The notes beneath the pieces were generated by a model. It saw nothing but the letters and a program-made list of their open reading frames with translations. It ran no database searches and was not told where the DNA came from. Positions 44,118 through 52,994 of a stretch of 64,000 nucleotides of DNA are shown here, piece by piece. The DNA is from an uncultured Acidobacteriaceae bacterium (GTDB taxonomy: Bacteria > Acidobacteriota > Terriglobia > Terriglobales > Acidobacteriaceae), in assembly GCA_963819035.1 (NCBI GenBank), contig CAWFUU010000017.1, forward strand, positions 140,030-204,029, in the 5' to 3' direction. The stretch's first letter is position 1. Each line of letters starts with the position of its first letter. Both the position numbers and the translations under genes were made by a program.

Positions 44118-45324
44118 CTAATCTATTCCCACCGGCACGATGGCCCGCGCCCCAACCGCTTCCAGCGCTTGCTCCAGATCGGCGATCAGATCGTCAGCGT
44201 TCTCAATCCCCACCGACAGCCGCACCATCTGCTCGGTGACGCCCATTTTCTTCCGCTGCTCGGCCGAGATCATGGCGTGCGACGTCAGCACTGGAATCGA
44301 TACCAGCGACTCGACTCCACCCAGGCTGGTTGCGAGCGTGAACAAGCGCATGGCCTCACTCACCCGCCGCGCGTCTTCGCCTGTGCCTTCCACTTCGAAG
44401 GTCACCATGCCTCCGCCCCCGCTCATCTGTTCGCGCGCAATGGCGTACTGCGGATGGCTTTTTAGAAACGGATAATGCACCCGCCGCACTTTTGCGTGCT
44501 GCTCCAGGAATTCCGCCACGCGTTGCGCGTTCTCGTTCTGCCGGGCCACGCGCACCGCCAGCGTCTTCAGTCCGCGGATCAGCAGCCACGCCGCATGCGG
44601 GTCCATGCAGTTGCCCAGCGTCGTCCGTGTCTCCCACAACTGCTCCATCAGTTCGCGCCGCCCGCACACCACGCCGCAAGTCAGATCGGCGTGGCCGCTC
44701 AAGTATTTCGTCCCCGAATGCATCACCAGATCAATTCCGTACTCGGCTGGATGCTGGTTGATAGGCGTGCCGAACGTGCTGTCGATCATGCTGATCAGTC
44801 CGTGCTGCTTCGCCAGTGCGGCAGCCTTCTTCATATCAACCACCCGCAACGCCGGATTGGTCGGCGACTCCAGGTACAGCAGCCTCGTATTGGGCCGGAT
44901 CGAGCGCGCATGCTGCTCATAGTCCGTCGTATCCACGAACGTCGTCTCAATCCCCATCTTGGGCAGCCACTCGGAGAAGAACTTCGTCACTCCGCCGTAG
45001 ATGTCACGCTGGGCCACGATGTGATCCCCGGATTTCAGCAGCGCCAGGATCGTGCTGGTGATCGCTCCCATGCCCGAAGCGAAGGTGCGCGCCGCCTCGA
45101 CACCTTCGAGTGCGGCGACGCGTCTCCTCCGCCACCGTGTTCGTCGGATTTCCCCACCGCGTGTAGTAGCGGTCGGTCGAGGTCACGCGTTGCTGCTCGT
45201 CGTTGTCGGTGACTTCGAAGGTAGAGGTTTGATAGATGGGCGTGGTAACGGGACCGTTTTTCTTCTCCAGGTCGGCCGCGCCGTGCACGGCGGCGGTTTC
45301 GGGACGATGGGTGCGACGTTTCAT
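44118..45324 (-). CDS. Cys/Met-metabolism PLP-dependent enzyme (cystathionine gamma-synthase/lyase-like); one frame break near 45123
   Basis: N-terminal ORF part: MKRRTHRPETAAVHGAADLEKKNGPVTTPIYQTSTFEV...YTRWGNPTNTVAEE. It continues in another frame as RVAALEGVEAARTFASGMGAITSTILALL...HSGTKYLSGH (PLP Lys) ...VESLVSIP. Confidence 0.8.
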
Positions 45325-45412
45325 GGGCGACCTCGTTGCTTCCAGAGTAATTGCGCCGGCTCGAATCCGGCAAGCGGTAGCGAGGCGACCGAGCTGTCGA
45401 GCGATGCTCGAC

Positions 45413-45438
45413 GGACAGCCGAGGCGGCTGTCTCCACA
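45413..45438. repeat. REP-like hairpin upstream of the metB-like gene
   Basis: GGACAGCC-gaggc-GGCTGTC followed by TCCACA. Confidence 0.7.
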
Positions 45439-45481
45439 TAGCATCGCACCATTTATAATGCCGACTTCAGTCGACTCGTAT

Positions 45482-46270
45482 ATGGATCTGGGACTGAAAA
45501 ACCGCGTTGCCCTGGTTGCCGCGTCCAGTCAGGGAATTGGCCTGGCCACCGCCGAAGCCTTTGCCGCCGAAGGATGCCGGATCGCCATGTGCGCCCGCAA
45601 TCAGCAGACGCTCGAGGCCGCCGCCGAGACGATCAGAAAACAGCATCACGCCGAAGTCTTCGCCGAGGCGTTGGACGTTTCCGACTCCGACGCCGTCAGC
45701 CGTTTCGTCTCTTCCGTAGTGGGCAGGTTTGGGGGCGTGGACATCTGCGTGACCAACGCGGGCGGCCCACCGGCTAAGGGATTTCTGGCCGCCAGCCTGG
45801 ACGATTGGCAGCGCGCGCTCGAATTGAACTTCATGAGCACGGTTTACTTTGCTCGCGAGGTCATCCCCCACATGCAGCGGCAGCGCTGGGGACGGATCAT
45901 CACCCTCACCTCGATCACGACCAAGCAGCCGGTCGCCGACCTGGTACTGTCGAACGCCGTGCGCGCGGCCGTGGTTGGCCTGGTGAAGAGCCTGGCCAAC
46001 GAGTTTGGGAAAGACGGAATCCTGGTCAACAACGTGGGCCCCGGCTTCACGGCCACCGACCGCCTGAAGCAGTTGGCGAAAGCCCGCGCTGCTGCCTCGG
46101 GAAAAACAGAGCAAGAACTTTTCGATGGATGGGCCGCCGAAGCTCCCCTCAAGCGCCTGGGTGAGCCTCGCGAAGTGGCGGAAACCATCGTCTGGCTGGC
46201 TTCCGAGCGAGCCTCGTATGTCACCGGCCAGACCGTGCTGGTCGACGGCGGCGTGTATAAAGGATTGTGA
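45482..46270 (+). CDS. SDR-family oxidoreductase
   Basis: MDLGLKNRVALVAASSQGIGLATA Rossmann motif, NAGGPP, GILVNNVGPG. An alternative start is ATG 45458. Confidence 0.8.
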   Translation: MDLGLKNRVALVAASSQGIGLATAEAFAAEGCRIAMCARNQQTLEAAAETIRKQHHAEVFAEALDVSDSDAVSRFVSSVVGRFGGVDICVTNAGGPPAKGFLAASLDDWQRALELNFMSTVYFAREVIPHMQRQRWGRIITLTSITTKQPVADLVLSNAVRAAVVGLVKSLANEFGKDGILVNNVGPGFTATDRLKQLAKARAAASGKTEQELFDGWAAEAPLKRLGEPREVAETIVWLASERASYVTGQTVLVDGGVYKGL

Positions 46271-46334
46271 ATCCCCGCGTTTCCCTTACAATCGGGTGTT
46301 GGCGCAAAAACCAATCTCCGTTCCACAAATTTGC

Positions 46335-46799
46335 ATGGCAAAGAAAATCAAGTCCAAATCGTCCCCAACCAAGCGAATCCGGACCGCGGGTGCACACGCC
46401 CGCGCTAAGAGCGCGCTCAAGAAGCACGCTGCCAGCCCGGCGGCGCTCCAGTACATTCCGTGGAGCACAGTGCCGCTGGAAGATCTCAACCCACTGCTGC
46501 AGCGGCAATTCGTTGTCGGACAGGAAATCATGCTGGCCCGGGTGCTGCTGAAGAAGGGATGCATCGTTCCGGAGCACAGCCACCACAACGAGCAGTTGAC
46601 CTACATTCTCGAGGGCGCGCTCAAGTTCTGGATCGATGGCAAAGAGATTGTGGTCCATGCCGGGGAGACTCTCTGCATCCCTTCGCATATGCCGCACAAA
46701 GCCCAGGCCATGGAAGATACGGTCGATCTCGACGTCTTCGCTCCCCCGCGCGCCGACTGGATCAACAAGACCGACCAGTATCTGCGGGGAGAGAAATAG
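46335..46799 (+). CDS. Cupin domain protein with a basic N-terminal tail
   Basis: Start at ATG 46335 (MAKKIKSKSSPTKR). Cupin motifs GCIVPEHSHHNEQLTYILEG and HAGETLCIPSHMPH. Confidence 0.7.
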   Translation: MAKKIKSKSSPTKRIRTAGAHARAKSALKKHAASPAALQYIPWSTVPLEDLNPLLQRQFVVGQEIMLARVLLKKGCIVPEHSHHNEQLTYILEGALKFWIDGKEIVVHAGETLCIPSHMPHKAQAMEDTVDLDVFAPPRADWINKTDQYLRGEK

Positions 46800-46808
46800 A
46801 TCCGGGCC

Positions 46809-48173
46809 ATGCTACCGTCTTCCAGTTCTGTGCCCGTTGTGCAGCCCGCGAATTCGCGCTTTCGCTGCATCGCTTGCGGCGATCTGAGCGACAATGCGAC
46901 CCAGAATTTCCGTTGCGCTCGTTGCGGAGACCTGCTCGAAATCACCTATCCTCACTGGCAGGAAGCCAAGCCCGATGCCGCCGACCTGAAGTCTGGGTGG
47001 CGCAAGCGCCGCCTGTCGCTCAGCGCAGTAGATTTGAGCGGGGTCTGGCGATTCCGAGAGCTGCTGCCCGCGATCGAGAACGATCAGGAAGTGGTCACGC
47101 TCTGCGAGGGGAACACGCCACTCTACGAACTTCCGCAGTGCGCGCACATCACGGGCGTGCCGCGCCTTTTCGCCAAGCATCAGGGGATGAATCCGACCAG
47201 TTCGTTCAAAGATACGGGCATGACCGTCGCCGCCACATTTGCCCGCCGTGCTGGATTCCGCTGGGTGGCCTGCGCCTCGACCGGCAATACTTCCGCGTCG
47301 ATGGCTGCCTATGCCGCTCGCGGAGGCATGCGCAGCCTGGTGCTGGTTCCGGAAGGGAAGATCTCGTGGAGCAAACTCTCCCAGGCCCTCGACTATGGCG
47401 CGGTCACTTGCCAATTGCGCACCGACTTCGATGGCTGCCTGCGCCTGCTGCAGGAACTTGTGCTGCGCGCGCCGGTCTATCAGTTGAATTCGATCAATCC
47501 GTTTCGTCTTGAAGGCCAGAAGACGATCGCGCTCGAATTGCTGGAACAACTCGACTGGCACGTTCCCGACCACATCATCGTTCCCGGCGGCAATCTGGGA
47601 AACAGCTCGGCGATCGGCAAGGCATTGCTTGAAATGCGCGAACTCGGGTTGATTTCGCATCTGCCCAAGCTGTCGGTCATACAGGCCGAAGGGGCGAACG
47701 CTCTGGTGCGTACTTTGCGCGAAGCCAAGGGCGAACGCCTGATCAGCGTGCAGGCCGAGACCCGCGCTACGGCGATTCGCATCGGGAATCCGGCGTCGTG
47801 GAAGAAAGCAGTTCGCGTTCTGGAAGCGACGGGCGGGGCCTGCGAGCAGGTCAGCGAAATCGAGATCGCTCAAGCTAAGGCAGAGATCGGGGCTGAAGGC
47901 ATCGGGTGCGAGCCGGCGTCGGCCGTGACGCTCGCTGGTTTGAAGAAGCTGGTGCAACAGAAATTCGTGAAGCCGGACGAAACTGTCGTTCTCGTCCTGA
48001 CTGGGAATCTGCTGAAGGATCCCGACTTCACCATCGACTTCCATCGTGGCGAATTGTTCAAAGGCGCCGAAGGTGCGAGCGGCGCACTGGAGCGCTTACG
48101 CCGTCCGCCCATTGTCCTGGATGCCACGCTGGACGCGGTGATTCGAACCCTGGAGCAAGCTGAGAAATCCTGA
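46809..48173 (+). CDS. thrC: Threonine synthase
   Basis: N-terminal Cys4 ribbon (FRCIACGD...FRCARCGD). PLP-lysine block NPTSSFKDTGMTV. GNTSASMAAYAA. Confidence 0.9.
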   Translation: MLPSSSSVPVVQPANSRFRCIACGDLSDNATQNFRCARCGDLLEITYPHWQEAKPDAADLKSGWRKRRLSLSAVDLSGVWRFRELLPAIENDQEVVTLCEGNTPLYELPQCAHITGVPRLFAKHQGMNPTSSFKDTGMTVAATFARRAGFRWVACASTGNTSASMAAYAARGGMRSLVLVPEGKISWSKLSQALDYGAVTCQLRTDFDGCLRLLQELVLRAPVYQLNSINPFRLEGQKTIALELLEQLDWHVPDHIIVPGGNLGNSSAIGKALLEMRELGLISHLPKLSVIQAEGANALVRTLREAKGERLISVQAETRATAIRIGNPASWKKAVRVLEATGGACEQVSEIEIAQAKAEIGAEGIGCEPASAVTLAGLKKLVQQKFVKPDETVVLVLTGNLLKDPDFTIDFHRGELFKGAEGASGALERLRRPPIVLDATLDAVIRTLEQAEKS

Positions 48174-48189
48174 ACCGCGACGATTGCTC

Positions 48190-49114
48190 ATGCCATCGAA
48201 AACCAAAATCCCAAAACAGTTCCGCATCTCCCTTCCCGCCACGTCGGCCAATCTTGGGCCTGCGTTCGACGCCGCCGCTCTGGCGATGGATTTTTACATC
48301 AAGATTGACGCCCGACCCGCAAAGGAATTCTCCATCACCGCGACTGGCCGCGATCGCGAAATCTGCGGAGCGCTCGAAAACCACCTCATCCTGCATACGT
48401 ATTGCGAAGTGCTCGAAGCCTCGGGCCAAAACCCCACACCCTTGTCACTGGGCGTTGCCAACGACATTCCGATCGGCAAAGGTTGCGGCTCGTCGGCGGC
48501 CGCGCGGCTGGCAGGCATTGCGCTTGCGGTACACTTCGGCGGCCTGCGCTGGACCGACGCTCAAATCATCGGAGAAGCCTCCCGCCGCGAGCACCATCCC
48601 GACAACGCTTCCGCCTGCTGGATGGGCGGCCTGACCGTGGCGCGAATGGCGACAGAGGCGGAGGCCCAGGTTGTGTGCGTGCGCCCGAAAGGGAAGTGGC
48701 CGCTACTGCTGGCCGTGCCCAGCCGGAGCCTCTCCACCGAGGAAGCGCGCCGCGTGCTGCCGGCAGAGTATTCACGGGCCGACGCCGTGACCAACATTCA
48801 GAACTCGATGCTGCTGCTCGCAGCGTTCACGCAAGGACGACACGACCTGCTATCCGCCGCTCTTGAAGACCGCATCCATCAGCCGTACCGCGCGGCGCTC
48901 TGTCCGCTGCTGCCTTGTCTGCAAGAATTGAGAGGGAGAGATCGGCATTCTCGGCGCAGTCCTCAGCGGAGCAGGTCCTTCGGTCCTGATGTTTCTAGCC
49001 CCCAACGCTTCGGTGCTAAAAGTACGCAAAGTTGTCTCGGCTCATCTCTCGAGAAACGGACTTGCCGCCGAACTCATTCCCACCTCCATTGCCATGGCTG
49101 GAGCGCGTTTCTAA
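48190..49114 (+). CDS. thrB: Homoserine kinase; one frame break near 48931-48940
   Basis: GHMP motifs PATSANLGPAFD and IPIGKGCGSSAA. After LLPCLQELRG the ORF-track frame becomes nonsense. The next frame reads EIGILGAVLSGAGPSVLMFLAPNASVLKVRKVVSAHLSRNGLAAELIPTSIAMAGARF, with TAA at 49112. Confidence 0.8.
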
Positions 49115-49280
49115 GCGTCGGTTTAGCCCGAACGGGCCATTGATCCACAGGTCGCGTTCCGGTAAGTTCAACTTTCCCCCGAAAAGCCCGAATCTGCATT
49201 TGCGGCATTTGTTAACGGCAACAAAATGCCGGGCCGCGGCATCTGAGGTGCGGACTCGTTCGGACGTAGGAGTGTGTGGT

Positions 49281-49478
49281 GTGAAGAATTTGATTTTAGT
49301 TGGGAAAAGGGTGGAGGCTCAGGTTTGGAACAATGAGCAGGTTTTGCAGGAGATGCGAGCCTTCCTGCGAGCCCTCGAGTCGTATCCGGACCGGTTTGCC
49401 TCGGACCCGACAATCACCTTCGAACAGCATCGCAGCAACCTGATCCCGGTCGTCAGTGCGATATCCATCGGAGCTTAG
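49281..49478 (+). CDS. Possible small hypothetical protein (65 aa)
   Basis: GTG 49281 lies 8 nt after AGGAG. The sequence is helix-like (NEQVLQEMRAFLRALESYPDRFASDPTITFEQH). Part of ORF 49032-49478. Confidence 0.3.
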   Translation: MKNLILVGKRVEAQVWNNEQVLQEMRAFLRALESYPDRFASDPTITFEQHRSNLIPVVSAISIGA

Positions 49479-49494
49479 CCGTTTACGCCCAGGC

Positions 49495-50064
49495 TTAGCG
49501 GCTGGCTGGCGGGATGATCCCATTCATTCGCAGGTACTCCACCATCTGCCCGTAGTGGTCGTAACCGTGCGATGAGACCGCGGAGGCCAGTCCGAGGCGC
49601 GAAACTTTTCCTTCGCCGAACGGGCTTCTGACGGTTGTGGTGAGATTTTGTTCGTTGATGGTCGCGATGGCCTTGTGGACGTATTTGAATGATTCTTTGA
49701 GGTATTTCAAGATGTCCGCTTTGGTCGTGATCGAGGCCGGGCCTGATTCCATGCCAATGTCGACTGGCGGCTTCTGTTCCAGAAGCGCGGCTCCAAGTTC
49801 GTAGTTCACCGCCGCTACGTGCTTGATCTGCTCCCCGAATGTGCGCACACCTTTGAACTCACCGCCAGTGGGGGCGAATCCGAATTTATCTTCGGGCATG
49901 GCCTCTGCGGCGGGAACAAACTCGTACTCGAGATTGATCACCGTATGGTCCAATATCTCAGTGACCGAACGACGTTCCTCCTTGGGCTTTGGCGTCTGCG
50001 CGGCTGCGGCAACGGTCAATGCCAGCAAGGCGCACGCCACTACGGCCAGAGTTCTCCTCATCAA
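49495..50064 (-). CDS. DinB-family protein, secreted
   Basis: Signal peptide MMRRTLAVVACALLALTVAAAA. RTFGEQIKHVAAVNY and HGYDHYGQMVEYLRMNG are DinB four-helix metal-site motifs. Confidence 0.8.
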   Translation of the reverse strand: MMRRTLAVVACALLALTVAAAAQTPKPKEERRSVTEILDHTVINLEYEFVPAAEAMPEDKFGFAPTGGEFKGVRTFGEQIKHVAAVNYELGAALLEQKPPVDIGMESGPASITTKADILKYLKESFKYVHKAIATINEQNLTTTVRSPFGEGKVSRLGLASAVSSHGYDHYGQMVEYLRMNGIIPPASR

Positions 50065-50077
50065 TTCCCCCTGTGGT

Positions 50078-51349
50078 CTAATCTCTTACAACGGCCGGAG
50101 CCGTCTTCAACTCTGCGGCTGATAAACGATGCCTCACGATGCTGGTCAGTCCTACGATCATAGCCAGGGCCGACCACATTAATGCCGCGGGAACGCCCTG
50201 CCACGAGGCCAATGCTCCCCACACGGCGCTGCCCAGGGCCATGCCGCCCTGTAGTACCAGCAGATACATGGAGAGCGCCCGACCTCGCATCCACGAGGGA
50301 CACATCGTCTGGGCCACGACATTGAAGCAGGCCAGGATGCCGATCCAAGCCGCTCCCGCGGTAAACAATACCAGACAGAGCCATTCAAAGATATGCGTTT
50401 GACCCGCCATGAAGGTCATGGCCGCGAAGACGACGGTTGCTCCGGCCACCAGGCCGTCCACCGAATAGCGCAGGCGCAAGCGCGGCAACACTGCGGCTCC
50501 AGCCAGGGCCCCAAGGCCAAAACAGGTGAGCAGAAAGCCGTATCCTTGCGCACCGTGCGGTTGGCAGACGACCGGAAGCAGCGCCAGGAGTGACGAAGCT
50601 CCCAAGCTGAAAGCCCCCGTGCGGATCAGGACTGATCTTACCTGCGGCGTGGCGCGCACATGGCGGAATCCCTCGATGATCGCATGCCACACCTTTTGCT
50701 TCGGCAAAGTCTCGTGCGGCGCCCGCCGCCACTGGCAGAGAAAGAAAATGACGCCGAAGAACGAGGCTGCGTTCAGCAGAAAGGACCACCCTGATCCAAC
50801 GGCCGCAACAACGAATCCTCCCAGTGCCGGACCGACCGCCCGTGCCACATTGAACCCGGCGGAGTTTAAGGCCACGGCCGATGCGTGACGCTCGGGCGAA
50901 ACTACTTCGGGAGTAATCGCCTGCCACGCCGGATCATTCATCGCCGCACCCAGCCCGAGCAAAAACGTGAACACCAGCAGCACCCACGGATTCACCGCCT
51001 GCAGCAGGGTTAGGACGCCAAGCGCAACCGCGGCCACGACCATCCAACCTTGGGTGAAAAGCAACAGGCGCCGCCGGTCGACCGTGTCCGCCAAAGCGCC
51101 GGCAGGCAACACCACGAAAAAGAAGGGAACCGCAGCCGCGGCCTGTACAAGGCTTACCATCAGCGGGGACGTCGTCAGCTGGGTCATCAACCAGCCGCCG
51201 CCGACGTTCTGCATCCAGGTGCCAGTGTAAGAAACAACCGCGGCGATCCAAAGGGATCGAAACAGGGGCTCGCCCAATGGCGCCCAAACCGCATCGGCCC
51301 GCTGGATGCCGGCGCCCCGAACCGGCGAAACTGTAATGTTGTCTGCCAT
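50078..51349 (-). CDS. MFS transporter (EntS/MFS_3-like)
   Basis: Start at ATG 51349 (MADNITV...FRSLWIAAVVSYTGTWMQNVGGGWLM). 12-TM-like. The upstream part of ORF 50078-52573 overlaps the permease gene out of frame. Confidence 0.8.
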   Translation of the reverse strand: MADNITVSPVRGAGIQRADAVWAPLGEPLFRSLWIAAVVSYTGTWMQNVGGGWLMTQLTTSPLMVSLVQAAAAVPFFFVVLPAGALADTVDRRRLLLFTQGWMVVAAVALGVLTLLQAVNPWVLLVFTFLLGLGAAMNDPAWQAITPEVVSPERHASAVALNSAGFNVARAVGPALGGFVVAAVGSGWSFLLNAASFFGVIFFLCQWRRAPHETLPKQKVWHAIIEGFRHVRATPQVRSVLIRTGAFSLGASSLLALLPVVCQPHGAQGYGFLLTCFGLGALAGAAVLPRLRLRYSVDGLVAGATVVFAAMTFMAGQTHIFEWLCLVLFTAGAAWIGILACFNVVAQTMCPSWMRGRALSMYLLVLQGGMALGSAVWGALASWQGVPAALMWSALAMIVGLTSIVRHRLSAAELKTAPAVVRD

Positions 51350-51378
51350 CCTCGCGTTTTCTTCTGCGCTTTTTATTC

Positions 51379-52857
51379 TTAGGAACCGGCAGCCTTTACC
51401 GGCGTTCCCGCAAACGGCCACTCCGAATCTTTCCACGCCCGAACCATGTAAATGATCACGCCAGTCAGCAGAATGACCACGGCGTACCGCATCTCCTTCT
51501 GCCAGTTCTCCCGCTTGAACAATATGAAGAGAAACCCCGCCGATGCCAGTAACGCAGGTAACGGGTACAGCCACATACGGAACGGCCGCCGCATATCTGG
51601 GCGCCAGATCCTCAACAAAATCGCGCCCACCGCCTGCACCAGAAATTGAAGAATGAGGCGGATGACCACCAGCGCGGCGATCGCATCCTTCAATCGCAGA
51701 AAACAGAAGGCCGCTGCCACCACTCCCAACGCCAACAGCGAAACATGCGGGAAACGGTGCACGGGATGCACCTTGGCAAATGCCTTGAAGTAGTTGCCAT
51801 CCCTCGCAGCCGCATAGGGAACCCGCGAATAGCCCAACATCAGGGAAAAGACCGAGGCAAACGCGGTAATGATTACCAGTCCCGTCACCAGTCGTGCCGC
51901 CCACGTGCCGTAGAGCCTCTGCATGAACACTGACACAACATACAGTCCGGTGTTGTTCTGTCCCGCTTGCAGCATCTCGCGCCAGGGCACTACGGCCATG
52001 ATGCAGACGTTCATCATGAGATATAGACAGGCCACCAGCAGAATGGAAAGCAACAGCGCCCGCGGAATATTCTTTTCCGGATCTTTGATCTCGTCGCCCA
52101 AAAAGGCGACGTTGTAATAGCCCCAGTAGTCGTAGGTGGCGATCAGCATCGCTCCGCCGAGCCCGGTCAGAAACTTGTGGGAAATGGTGAATGCGCCAGG
52201 AGGAAAATCGAAGGCCCGTGCGGCGTCGAAGTGCGTCAGCCCGGCGAAGATGATCCAGCCAATCGTTCCCATCACGCCGAACCACAATATTTTTGAAAGC
52301 CGCCCGATGGCCGTGATGTTCCGGTAAAGCAGCAGCACCGTGAAGAAACAAATGACAACGGCAACGGCTGTTCCGGGAGTTACGATCCAGTTTGCCTGCA
52401 GCGTCCCTGCCCACGGAATGTGCAGCACTGCCTCGCGGTGCGCGTACACCGTATCCAACTCTGGCCAGTAGTAGGCGGCGTACCCAGCCAGCCCAATGCA
52501 TCCGGTCGCAATGGACAGGGGCGCAGAAAACGACACCTGCCAGATAAACAGAAAGGAAATCAAACGTCCCCATTTCTGCGGCCCGTAAATCTCGCGCAAA
52601 TAGCGATACGATCCGCCCGACGCAGGCAGTGCCGCGCCCAATTCCGCGGACACCAGGCCGTCACAGACGGCGAGCAGAGCGCCCGCTACCCAGCCGAGCA
52701 GCGCCTGCGGGCCGCCCATAGCCGCCACCACCAGCGGCATGGTGATGAACGGGCCGACGCCGATCATGTCAATCATGTTCAGCGCCGTGGCGGCGCCGAG
52801 GCCCATGCCACGGATAAGGTTGGGCGAAGTTGTGTCCGGTTTTGTCGGAGAACCCAT
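51379..52857 (-). CDS. APC-family amino acid permease
   Basis: LIRGMGLGAATALNMIDMIGVGPFIT...SAELGAALPASGGSYRYL. About 12 TM. Confidence 0.85.
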   Translation of the reverse strand: MGSPTKPDTTSPNLIRGMGLGAATALNMIDMIGVGPFITMPLVVAAMGGPQALLGWVAGALLAVCDGLVSAELGAALPASGGSYRYLREIYGPQKWGRLISFLFIWQVSFSAPLSIATGCIGLAGYAAYYWPELDTVYAHREAVLHIPWAGTLQANWIVTPGTAVAVVICFFTVLLLYRNITAIGRLSKILWFGVMGTIGWIIFAGLTHFDAARAFDFPPGAFTISHKFLTGLGGAMLIATYDYWGYYNVAFLGDEIKDPEKNIPRALLLSILLVACLYLMMNVCIMAVVPWREMLQAGQNNTGLYVVSVFMQRLYGTWAARLVTGLVIITAFASVFSLMLGYSRVPYAAARDGNYFKAFAKVHPVHRFPHVSLLALGVVAAAFCFLRLKDAIAALVVIRLILQFLVQAVGAILLRIWRPDMRRPFRMWLYPLPALLASAGFLFILFKRENWQKEMRYAVVILLTGVIIYMVRAWKDSEWPFAGTPVKAAGS

Positions 52858-52994
52858 GCGTCAGGCGATGGATCCGAGATTCAAATCGCAACGGAGACGC
52901 AATTGCTGGCAACGTCTCTGCCGGCATGCACCTCAGAGCTTTCGGTCCGCAACGCCGCCGGCAGAGACGGCAGCAAGCCGTACTCTACCCGGTT

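Noticed and set aside
45325-45457. SAM or other riboswitch in the leader of the metB-like gene
   Set aside because: The leader contains only a REP hairpin, with none of the conserved SAM-I/II core sequences that I can recognise.
45454-45459. Perfect TATAAT upstream of the SDR gene as a promoter -10 box
   Set aside because: No acceptable -35 element at 17 +/- 1 nt (tctcca). The hexamer overlaps an alternative ATG. This is insufficient evidence.
51350-52573. N-terminal extension of the 831-aa ORF 50078-52573
   Set aside because: It overlaps the APC permease gene (51379-52857) in another frame. The MFS homology starts at ATG 51349.
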